A stretch of 64,000 nucleotides of DNA. Source: Callorhinchus milii (Eukaryota). This document shows, piece by piece, positions 1-17,465 of this stretch (position 1 is the stretch's first letter; each line of letters starts with the position of its first letter). The notes under the pieces were generated by a model. That model saw nothing but the letters and a program-made list of their open reading frames with translations, searched no databases and was not told where the DNA came from. The DNA lies in contig NW_024704757.1 in NCBI RefSeq assembly GCF_018977255.1, forward strand, positions 10,726,001 through 10,790,000, written 5' to 3'. A program made the position numbers and the translations under genes.

Positions 1-258
1 GATTTAACACTTCCTGATCTGATTTTTACTGAAATGCGATCTACTCTGAGAATCCCTGGCTGATTAAATGCAGCGATGCCAATACGAACAGCATCTATTG
101 AGAGTGACTGGCTTCTCCGCGTGTGTGGATCTACCACTCTCTCTCTCTGTCTGTCTGTCTCTGTGTGTCTATCAAGAACACACTGGGGGTGGATGGAGTA
201 TAAACCCCGGTTTGATTTAGTTCCAACAATCAGGGCCGTGCATACTTGGTCCACTTAC

Positions 259-318
259 CGCTGCTCCGGACAGGGCATGGACAAGGGTCCGGTAGGATGT
301 CATCGAGGATCCCCCCAT
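259..318 (-). CDS. SLC25A17: First coding exon of an SLC25A17 (PMP34)-like peroxisomal carrier; gene continues left of the window
   Basis: Minus strand reads ATG at 318: MGGSSMTSYRTLVHALSGAA, then a GTAAGT donor in phase 0; a CAG acceptor lies just upstream (exon from 326). Resembles the human SLC25A17 N-terminus MASVLSYESLVHAVAGAV, recalled to end at the same exon boundary. Not in the ORF track in this frame. Confidence 0.7.
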
Positions 319-616
319 TGCTATCCCTGTTGATTGTAGGGAAACGAAGCGAGTGAGAAACTTCCTGCAAAGCAGCTCCTCCCCGTGGGATCAGACCATG
401 TACATCACTGCAGTATACACTGGCCCCCACTTGGCTCCTGCCCGCCCTCTCATGGCCGAAGACACTCCTGTACCGTCCAACCAAACCACAGATAATGTAA
501 GAAATCAATCTGTGATGCACAGGGTAATAAAATCAAGGCCGTCTCAAATGGCTGCCACCATGGGCTTTAGGCAAAACATTTGAATAAGAAAGATCATGAC
601 GCGTTGCCTCGCAGCG

Positions 617-810
617 TTTAACAATAATCCTTGCATCTGAATACGGCGCCTTATCAGGCCTTCGAGACGTCTCAAAGCGCTTTACAGAATATACTGTAAA
701 GTGAATTGACTGTAATAATTTGTGGGCGAAACGCGGCAGCCAATTGCGCACGGTAGTTTCCCCGCAAACAGTCGTGGATTGAGAGACCAAATTATTATAT
801 TGTTTTGGGG
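617..810 (-). mobile_element. SINE family copy (3' part)
   Basis: Reverse complement of the family body and tail (aataatccttgcat...gtctcaaagcgctttacagaatatactgtaaagtgaattgactg...gggcgaaacgcggcagccaattgcgcac); matches the copies at 36232-36600 and 62599-62939. Confidence 0.8.
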
Positions 811-1557
811 GTGGGAGACATCTCCAAGAACATATATTATGATTATCACACGTTTTCAAAAAATACAACACACAGAGAGCCACTCATTCGGCCCACCCAG
901 CCTATGTTGGTGTTGACTACATCCAATTCCCTACTTTTTCTCTCTCCCTTTTTTTCTCCTTCAACAATTGTTTTAAATGAGTACTGTAGCTAATTTATAT
1001 TTTGCATTATATCCAGTTATCTACTCTGCCTCCATATCCACAATGGGGATGGTCCCAATTTATGCAAAGTCTAGTCTCCCCACTGTAATTACCGTGAACC
1101 ATATTTAGACATTTTTGATGTTACAAGCACTATATTAAACAGGTGGATTATGATCCTATAAGACCGATAAGCTTTTCACAGGAAATTGCAATTGCTGGCA
1201 AGTGTAATGACTGCATATTTGTAAGCAAAGGCGGTAGCTGTTTTGCACACAGTAAATTTCCATAAATAGCCATGAAGTGAATGATCAATTTAGGTGGAGA
1301 ATTATTGGGCAGTTCTTGGGGCAAGAGTACTCCCTTCTCTTTTCGAATTGTGTGGATATTTAACAGCTAACCGAAGAACAAGCAGAAAGGGTTTCAGTTT
1401 AAGGTCTTTTCTGAAAGCATCTCCAAGGATGCCACGCTTTGCACTGGAGTGTCAGCCTATATAATATGAGCATAAACCTCTCTACCTGGTGCTTGATCTC
1501 ACAGGTGAGAGGAACTCCACCTGATGGACAAGGACATAAAAATGCACAGCGGTGGCA

Positions 1558-1643
1558 CAGTGTGTTCTGTGAAGCGCTTTGGGACGTCCTCCCGACGTGA
1601 AAAGCGCTATATCAAATGCAAGGATTATTATTATTATTATTAT
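1558..1643 (+). mobile_element. SINE 3' tail fragment
   Basis: gtgttctgtgaagcgctttgggacgtcctcccgacgtgaaaagcgctatatcaaatgcaagga(tta)n; near-identical copies at about 2650-2742 and 11880-12066. Confidence 0.8.
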
Positions 1644-2185
1644 TGGAGGGCACTGCCTCACCCTATCACTTCAAGTAACTTTTCTGAATCTTTCCCTGGA
1701 GTCAGAGCAAGGTGGAACCACAGTGACCACACAGTACATAGCAGCTGATCCACGCCCTGAATCAAAGGTCCATCAGTATATTGTTAAGGTAGCTCCACAT
1801 CAGCAAAATAAAACCACAAGCTAACGTGGTTACCCAAAGCCAAACTCTTCGAAGTTACAGGAATGACAGTGCACTTCAATGCAATTAAAACACAGAAAGA
1901 TATTCCACGTGTTGCAACTCGAGCATAATTCAGAAGAGGCTGAAATTAATATTTTTTAAACGGATTGAGGTTAGGACAGGACCTTCAAATGAATTGCAAA
2001 TCAGAAGACAGTCAATCCAGTATAACACACGCTTTACAACCGCATTAAGGCATTGGGTGCACGTTATTTGCGAGAGTTATTTGGAAGGTGTCCTTTTGCA
2101 AACGGGAGCAGAGGAGGTAAGTTACTGTCACTCTCGGGGCTACCTTAACGCCTGCAGCATCTGCTGTGCCCTGGCTGGTGGAGAG

Positions 2186-2194
2186 TGGACTTTG
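2186..2194 (-). promoter_or_regulatory. HNF4-type binding motif CAAAGTCCA upstream of ANKS4B
   Basis: TGGACTTTG on + (CAAAGTCCA on -) about 140 bp upstream of the ANKS4B ATG; ANKS4B is a known HNF4A target in mammals. Confidence 0.45.
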
Positions 2195-2332
2195 CCTGTG
2201 GGCTTCTGAGTGTTCCTCCCTGAGCGCTGGTGATCACTCTCTCTCTCTCTCTCTCTCGCTCACAGCTCCAGCCTTTCCCCATTTGGCCCTGGGAAGCAGA
2301 TCATGTGAAGTGTCCGAGAGGGGATTGCAACC

Positions 2333-5300
2333 ATGTCGGAAAGGTACCACAAAGCCGCCAGGGATGGCTACTTGGCTCTTCTGAAAGAAGCCACCAGGAA
2401 GGATCTGAACACTCCAGATGGTGATGGGATGACCCCCACCCTGTGGGCTGCCTATCATGGCCAAGTGGAGGCTTTGCAGCTGATCTGCAGCAGAGGGTGT
2501 GTATGGACAAAGAACTGTGTGTGTGTGGGGGGGGGTGTGGGGGTGTTAGCAAGTGATTAGCAATTTGCTAACCACCCCAAAATATGATTATTTTGGATAT
2601 TATCATTTGGATATTGTTTTCAAAGAGCTAAGTTGTTACCATCCTATATATACAGTCAATTCACTTTACAGTGTGTTCTGTGAAGCGCTTTGGGACGTCC
2701 TCCCGACGTGAAAAGCGCTATATCAAATGCAAGGATTATTATCCTGATTATAACACCACTGTCAACCCATTTGAGACTCCCCACCCCACCAAAAACAAAG
2801 GTTATTTTTTTAAAAAAAAACACTGTGATTTATGTTTCCATCTAGCTTGTGAAAGTCTTTTTTTAAAAAAAAACTAATGCTTTGAGTTCAAAATAACAGC
2901 AGGTTTTAGATTTTACTCTGTTGTAAACGTTGGTTAAATGTTATGCTGGGTATCAAAGTGTCATCGTTGAAAGGCAGAGTTCTTTCTTCCTCAATCTTTA
3001 AAAAGTGGTCTAAAAATACTGTATCAGAAATGTTGAAACTGAAATAATTGTTCAAGAGGCTGAATTATGAAATTCATGCGCTCATTTGATTTCAACCCAC
3101 AATTTAAACTTCGTAAATGTCACATTTTGACATTTTATTGGGCAAATGTATAAAGTATAAAGAATAAGTTATAATTAGAATCCAGATACTTTGTCCAAGC
3201 AGGAGTGTGACCTTTTTTCCAAATATTTCTGAGGTGTAATAATGAATATCTCTGAGGTTAAAATGTATTTTTTTTGTAAACAAATTTTTTATTACATCGA
3301 GGCTCGACTATGCAAACTCCCTGCTTGTCGGTCTCCCCAACTCCTCCCTCCACAAACTACAGATCATCCAGAGCTCTGCAGCCAGTGTCCTCTCCCGCAC
3401 TGACCCTATCACCCCCATCCTTGCCCAACTCCACTGGCTTCCCATCACACAGAGGATACAGTTCAAGATCTTGGTCCTCAGCTTCAAAGCCCTCCACTGT
3501 CTTGCTCCTCCCTACCTCTGCAACCTCCTAACCTACTATCCTGTTCGCTCCCTCCACTCAGCGGGCTCTGGCCTGCTTCACATCCCCCGCCTTGCTCACC
3601 CCACTATCAGCGGGTGGGCCTTTCACCACTCTGCACTACACTCTGCACCCACCCTCTGGAACTTCACCCCCTGCCCTCCCCCACCCCGACCCTTAGCTCG
3701 AGTCCGAAATTCTGCCTGTCCAACGCCTAGGGACGTCCTCCCGACGTGAAAGGCGCTATATAAATGTCATTTTGTTGTCGTTCTTGATAAGGATCTCGAG
3801 TCAAACAAATAAGTCTTTTGCTAAGCTTTCGCTATCCTTTTGCTAAATGGAAGTACGTCACACCGACTCCTGGGAACTCCACTCTGACGGGGTCTATTTC
3901 CTAAATTAAATTCCTGTGGATTGACATGACATATTGTTGATTGCTGGAAGAAGTGCTCATTTATGTGAATCAGATTCATTATTACAGAATCCCATTAGAA
4001 AACATCCAATTTTAGATCTCACCATGCTTTGTCATGTTTTTATAAAGGTTTTTATACCATTTACTGTTTCCCCATTTGCAAAGGCTGAAGTGTCATTACA
4101 GGTTTGGTTCAAAACTATTTCTATGCTTCTAACAACTGGGAAGCACTTCCAATCCCATCTTTCTCTCTTTCTCTCTAGGACAGATTACTAGGAAAGGCTT
4201 GTGGTCTGATGGGCAATCCTTCTCTCACCTCTTCACTGCATTACAGACTTTCATGTTCTTATTTTAAACAATATTTGGTTTAGCTTCCCAGAACTTTCCT
4301 CTGCTCCTCCCAAACTCTGAATCCCCTGTGACATATGCTCTTTATCCTCACTGCACCCTCTGTGATCAAATCCAGAATCAATCTACTGTCTCCCACTCTA
4401 ACTTAATCTTTCTCAGCACTTCAAGGCTGTGGAAATTCCCCCCTCCAGTCAGCCTTCGGTTTCCTCCACTGAAAAAGCTCTTGAACCCCAAGCTTGGTGT
4501 CACCTAACCACACTTTCTGATATCTCACCTCTGTCCTAAATCTTGTCATCCCTGGTGGTTCCTGTACAAGATTTAATTCTTCACCTGAACATGTTATTAA
4601 AACCACACCAGTTTCCTGGGAATGGTGTACACTAACACTATGAAGGTTATGGTGCTGTATGGTTCAAACTCCATTCTATGAGTGTGATCATACCAGTAAC
4701 TTGCAACATTAAAGTGATGATCTTTGTGGGTCAAAGTTACTCCACATAAAATAGAGAGCTAGAGTTATAAATTGATGATTAAAACTGCAGATGATTTCAC
4801 AGTCACATGCAATAATAAAGAGGATTAAACCTTCCACTGGTGAGTCAGAGAGTAATGACACACCACAGTGTGGAACTGAGCCCGACAAGACCCCAGGTTT
4901 GGTCTGTTGGAGCTTGCCGATCCCAGCTGGAACAGTATTTGCATATAGTCTTATTTCACCTGGGCTAGGGAGGGAGAAATCAGCTAGGATTCAGAATCAT
5001 ATACGGTACACATCTATTCGGTTGAGTGTGAGTTCTGGGGAACTGAACTCAGTTGATTTAGTAATGTAGCCCAGCATTGCATTTGCCTAGTTTATTGCTG
5101 CCTCACAAATGTGAGTAACAATCTTGAGTGAGGACAATATTAGAACTAGCTGTGATGGCTGAATCTTCCCCCCAAGTGCAGTGTCCAAGGACAAGGCTAA
5201 GAAATGTCTACTTAAGTGAGGTGTCAGAGGATTGCTGATGTGGGTGGAACTGGCCCTGATACAGTCAGAAGAAGACAGATGAGGGAAGGAAAGTGTATCG

Positions 5301-6494
5301 ATAATGTGTGTTATAAAACACTGCATTCAACAATTTATTTATCATTGATCTTTCAGAGGTGAACCCAATGTTTGTGATATCTGGGGCAATACCCCCTTGC
5401 ATCATGCTGCGACCAATGGCCACCTTCACGTTGTCACATTCTTAATCAATTTTGGTGCCAACATCTGGGCACTGGATAATGACTTCCACTCCGCCATGGA
5501 TGCCGCCGCCGCCAAGGACCGGATGGAGTGCGTCCGTCTGCTGGACACCGCGGCAACCAAGCAAAACATCACCCACCCCAAGCAAGTGGCCAGGCTGAAG
5601 GAGAAGGCTAGAAAGGATGCCGAGAAGCAGATCAAGGAGTGCGAGCGACTCAAGAAAAAGCACGAGAACAGAAGGAACAAGAAATACACCCGGGAAATGG
5701 AAGCCAGTAGCTCTGGCAGTGGCCCAATGCACGGAGAAACCGTGTCCAGCTTGAGTCACCATTTCTCCAAGGTGAGCACATCACAAAGATCAGGCACTGC
5801 CCCTTCATTCATGAAAGGAAGTTTGCAGAAGAAGCTTAAGAAGAAAGAAGGCAAGGCCACCGCGGAAAGGCAACTGGGGAAGGATGTGATCTTTGTGAGC
5901 CACGAAGGCAGCAACGGACTACGGACCAACGTGATAGATGTGTTCGGTGAAGAGGAGAATCGAGCCTCAGAGAGATCAGATGAAGCACGGGAGTTTGAAG
6001 ATGGTGATCATTTTGGCCATGAGTCCCTCTTCAAACGGGCTGGTTTGGGAAATATGCTCTTCAGAAGAAATTTTACCTTAGGTATGGGTATAGAAGAGGA
6101 GATGTCAACCGAGAATGAGATTGAGGATGCTGGCTCGAGATTACGGAATGAACTGTTGAAATCTGATTGGGGTTTGAAGATGGCAGAAAACCTTGAGGAT
6201 GTGGATGAAGACCTGGAGGAGGAATTACCTTGGAATGAGGAAGATATAGGGCTGGATGATGATGAACCTGGGACAACACCCCTGGAAGCTTTTCTAGCGT
6301 CGCAGAATATGATGGAGTTCATCCCGTTCCTTGCAAGAGAACAGATTGACCTGGACTCCCTCATGCTATGCTCCGATGATGATCTGAGAGGCATTCGGTT
6401 GCCACTTGGCCCAAGGAAAAAGCTGCTTTCTGCGGTGGAAAAACGGAAAATGATCATAAAAAATCCCCAAAAACTGATAGACACTGTATTGTAA
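2333..6494 (+). CDS. ANKS4B: Ankyrin repeat and SAM domain-containing protein 4B (HARP), about 433 aa
   Basis: Exons 2333-2496 ([14 protein letters not shown]...ICSRG, phase 2, GT donor) and 5357-6494 (tttcag acceptor; [18 protein letters not shown] ankyrin repeats, central region, SAM domain PLEAFLAS...[11 protein letters not shown]-terminal PDZ-binding motif DTVL). Adjacent to CRYM, as in human. Confidence 0.95.
2650..2742 (+). mobile_element. SINE 3' fragment in ANKS4B intron
   Basis: tacagtcaattcactttacagtgtgttctgtgaagcgctttgggacgtcc...aaggattatt, same family tail. Confidence 0.8.
3298..3785 (+). mobile_element. L2-clade LINE 3' fragment
   Basis: Degenerate ORF2 C-terminus ([13 protein letters not shown]...LHWLP...IQFKILVL...[10 protein letters not shown]) with tail ...cccgacgtgaaaggcgctatataaatg...ttgttg; homologous to 28034-28670 and 30405-32095. 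Confidence 0.85.
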
Positions 6495-7638
6495 GCAGCA
6501 CAGTATTAAACACCAAGCTAGCAAAAGGGTGAGACATTAAACCGAGGTACCCTCTACCTGTTCAGGTGGATGTTAAAGGTCCCTTTGTGAAAGAAAGTTC
6601 TTCTACCATTAATTTTCTGGCCTTAACTGTGCAGAATGGCTGATCTCCCCTCCAGAAACTACTCCTGCATTAGTTACCGCCTTTGTGGGTAGGAGGACGG
6701 GAGATTAGCAAAAAAAAAAACACTTGAAACTGGAAGTCTTTTGCCTCCGACACACATCAGAAATTCAGGTCTGTCCTTTTTGAGTTTCTCCCACCGCTGC
6801 ACAGCCAAATAAAGCAACAGCCTCTCACTCTTACTGACAACTTTGAAGTGCATCAAAACAGTCACATTATCTTCAGTTGAATCATTGGATCATGAAAAGC
6901 TAAACTTGGGAGAAGAGAATGCTACAAGAGTAAAATCATTTGAATGTGTTTAAACCACGTAGTCGGGTGCTTTGGAAGTCACAGCTAAGAAAAATATTAA
7001 CATTCCAATTCCTGTATTTCTATAACACTTTTGTTTAGCTTTATGACAGTTTCATTTCATATAGACATTCATAAAGCGCTTTTGAGGAGTTTTGACAGTC
7101 CAGGCACAATAAAAGCACAAATGAAGTAGGATAGCTCCACATACCTTGAAACTAATAGGAATGAATTTGTCCTGCAGAATGTTGATTCGTCATTTGATGT
7201 AAGAAATTACGTGGTAATAAAGTTTAAAGTTGGTTGACATTAACACTGTTTTGTTATTTATTTACTCTCTGCTTCCAAATGATTGCACAATAGGCTATGT
7301 CTTGGGATCTTTGGATATACTTCACACACCTTGAGAAACACAAATTTTATCAAAAAAAGTTTTTATTTTTTTTAAAATTTCTGACCAATGATCTGATTTT
7401 TAGTTTCATTAATGCACAAGACAAGGAAGAGGATAACTCCCAATAAACCAACCGTGTTTCAGACAGTGCAAGGCTCAGGTGAGCTTGAAGACAATAAGGA
7501 TGAGAACAAGCCTAGATCATAGAGGAGGATCGGTGTCTGTTACAAACCCCACACAAAAGGAGTTATACAAATAACTTGTTTTCATGGATGATTAGGATGA
7601 GGTGAATTTTATTCTTCAAATGATCGTTGTATTTGATG

Positions 7639-14484
<6,846 letters not shown>

Positions 14485-14992
14485 TGTTAAAGTGAGCTTT
14501 GCACTTCTGCCTACCTGCTCCTGCCTATAGATGTACTGAATAATATTCCTGGCCTCCCATTCGACTCGTGGCGCTTGTTGAAATCCTCTGATTTGTTACA
14601 GTCTCCACCTCCTGGTAATGTTTAACCAAAGTTTTGATTGCCAAAAACTTTCTGAGCAACAATAACAACAACAAAATTACATTTATATAACGCCTTGGGA
14701 CGTCCTCCTGACGTGAGCTGTGGGTCAGGATTGGGGAGGGTGGACGGCAGGGGGCTAATCAGGGAGATGGAAAGCACGGTCGAAGAGGAGGGTCTTGAGA
14801 TGGGTCTTGAAGGGGGCGAGGGAGGGGGCGAGGGACTTTCTCAAGGGGTCATTTCATGCAACATAGTAAATAAAGGTTAAACAAGGAAGCTGGTTCATTA
14901 CTTTCTTTCTGCTGCAGCAGCAGAGAAGGGCTCCTGCTCTTGATCCCATTTCAGTGACCCCCCCCCCCCCCTCGAGAAGTAACTGTCTCTAA

Positions 14993-15465
14993 GTGTGCGT
15001 TTGTCTGTGTGTGTGTGGAGGGGGGGAGGTGTCTGTGTGTGGAGGGGGGGAGCTGTGTGTGTGTGGGGGGAGTGTGTGTGTGGGGGGGGGGAGGTGTCTG
15101 TGTGTGTGGGGAGTGTGTGTGTGGAGGGGGGAGGGAGGTGTGTGTGTGTGTGTGTGTGGAGGGGGGGAGGTGTCTGTGTGTGTGTGGAGGGGGGGGGGAG
15201 GGTCTGTGTGTGTGGGGAGTGTGTGTGTGTGGAGGGGGGGGAGGTGTCTGTGTGTGTGGGGAGTGTGTGTGTGGAGGGGGGGGAGGTGTCTGTGTGTGTG
15301 GGGAGTGTGTGTGTGGAGGGGGGAGGGAGGTGTGTGTGTGTGTGTGTGGAGGGGGGGAGGTGTCTGTGTGTGTGTGGAGGGGGGGGGAGGGTCTGTGTGT
15401 GTGTGTGGAGGGGGAGGTGTGTGTCTGTGTGTGTGTGTGTGTGTGTGGAGGAGAGGGGGAGGGGG
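14993..15465. repeat. Compound (GT)n / G-run low-complexity tandem repeat
   Basis: Imperfect units of gtctgtgtgtgtgtggagggggggag; produces the spurious CV/G-rich and HT/P-rich ORFs. Confidence 0.9.
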
Positions 15466-15555
15466 AGCGGAAGTGCGGCGGGGGGACAGGTTAAGGAGAC
15501 GGAACAGCGGGGGGTGGGAGGGGATCGCTGGTTCCGGTGCTGACTGGGAGTGAGT
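15466..15555 (+). promoter_or_regulatory. Probable promoter / non-coding first exon of the kelch gene, divergent from CRYM
   Basis: CpG-containing segment with ETS motif gCGGAAGTg at about 15467-15475 and a GTGAGT donor at 15550. Confidence 0.4.
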
Positions 15556-15695
15556 GAAGGAGAACAGGAGAGAAGCGGTCACTGTGTGTGTGTATATATG
15601 TGTGTGTGTGTGTGTGTGTGGGGGGAGAGGGAGAGAGAGAGGTGTTGCTGAGCTCGTGTCTGCGGGAGGGTCTCAGTAGTGTTGGTGTGGCCGCC

Positions 15696-16304
15696 CTGGT
15701 GCTGGTCAGTGGGCACCTGGTGCTGGTCAGTGGGCACCTGGTGCTGGTCAGTGGGCACCTGGTGCTGGTCAGTGGGCACCTGGTGCTGGTCAGTGGGCAC
15801 CTGGTGCTGGTCAGTGGGCACCTGGTGCTGGTCAGTGGGCACCTGGTGCTGGTCAGTGGGCACCTGGTGCTGGTCAGTGGGCACCTGCTGCTGGTCAGTG
15901 GGCACCTGCTGCTGGTCAGTGGGCACCTGGTGCTGGTCAGTGGGCACTTGGTGCTGGTCAGTGGGCACCTGGTGCTGGTCAGTGGGCACCTGGAGCTGGT
16001 CAGTGGGCACCTGGTGCTGGTCAGTGGGCACCTGGTGCTGGTCAGTGGGCACCTGGTGCTGGTCAGTGGGCACCTGGTGCTGGTCAGTGGGCACCTGGTG
16101 CTGGTCAGTGGGCACCTGGTGCTGGTCAGTGGGCACCTGGTGCTGGTCAGTGGGCACCTGGTGCTGGTCAGTGGGCACCTGGTGCTGGTCAGTGGGCACC
16201 TGGTGCTGGTCAGTGGGCACCTGGTGCTGGTCAGTGGGCACCTGGTGCTGGTCAGTGGGCACCTGGTGCTGGTCAGTGGGCACTTGGTGCTGGTCAGTGG
16301 GCAC
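15696..16304. repeat. Minisatellite, 29 x 21 bp (CTGGTGCTGGTCAGTGGGCAC)
   Basis: 609 bp equals exactly 29 units with about 6 single-base variants; explains the 240-250 aa repetitive ORFs. Confidence 0.97.
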
Positions 16305-16476
16305 TTGGTGGGTGTCCTCAGTCACCGCCTATGGCCATAAGCTGTTGAGCCACTTGTCTCCTCCCAGTCACTGTGGACACTTGAAGGTCTTTAACTCTTG
16401 ACACTGTTTCTCTTCAGTTGGGTATCTTGAAACTCCCTGTATAGTGTTTGATGTTTTCCACACCAGACAGACGTTT

Positions 16477-16510
<34 letters not shown>

Positions 16511-17465
16511 CACATTTCTTTGTCTGGAGTGGAGTGCACCCTCTTCCCAGACGGATAGATTTCTGCTGACCGATCCTGGAAAATCTTAGGTGTGGTTGAC
16601 GAGAGCTAAGTCTCAGGGACTCCATGGTATTCTTGGAGACGTTTGTTCTCTAATTTCCTCATCCCTCTGCTCTGGGATGATACCTGGCTCTGATTACTTT
16701 GCTGTAACATAGCTGCAGGGGCACAGGGTGTGTGTGTGTGTGTGGGGTGAAGGGGAAAGATAGCAACAGGTGATGATGGTATTTCCAGGGTTTTTCACCA
16801 CAGTTTATTTTAACCACAAAGAAACGAGTTGTCTCCGGTCAACAAGTATTTTAAGTTTATTTGTGTAGCAACAAGAATTGATTTCCTCATTCAGTTTTTT
16901 TAAAAAATGACTGGTGTTTGGTCTGTGTCCTTATGTTGGGAGAATCTGTGATGCCACAACTGTTATCCATTTTATGTTGCAGGTTTGACGCAAGTAGGAT
17001 ATTCCAACTCCTTTCAACTTATCCCAGAGGAAGATCTGACATAGATTCTGATCTAAAAGTAGAAGCTAAACATGCTCTGAAAGTAAAGCCATTTCATACA
17101 CTACTTCAATCTAACTCTGGTTAGCTATATTTCTGTTATTTAAACAAACTTTATAGAATAAATATAGCTTTTCTCCTACCCCAAAAAGCTTTATTGTTTG
17201 CTACCACTACCATGTAATGTTAATGCTACAAATCTAATCCATTCCCTTTTTAATTCTGTCTCAACTGCATTTTGTTTGGCAGAGAATTCCATATTCCCTG
17301 TAGAATTTAATCTTTGAGGCATTGAAGTTGCTGTATAATTGTTTTGACAATCTATCCTTTATTTGCTAGGTTTAGAGTGTTTCATTTGTATTCTCTTGTG
17401 TTCTTACATCAAGGGGAGACATTGTGAGCTGAAGCTGTGGTGAGATTGAGGGCACCGGTTTCTAC

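Noticed and set aside
14989-15582. 160-197 aa Cys/Val/Gly-rich and His/Thr/Pro-rich ORFs
   Set aside because: Translations of a GT/G simple repeat.
15696-16304. Possible CRISPR-like array
   Set aside because: Units are head-to-tail with no unique spacers, there are no cas genes, and the context is vertebrate.
15579-16401. 240-250 aa ORFs (LVLVSGH)n, (HQVPTDQ)n and (WCWSVGT)n
   Set aside because: By-product of a stop-free 21-bp unit open on both strands; no splice or codon evidence for a protein.
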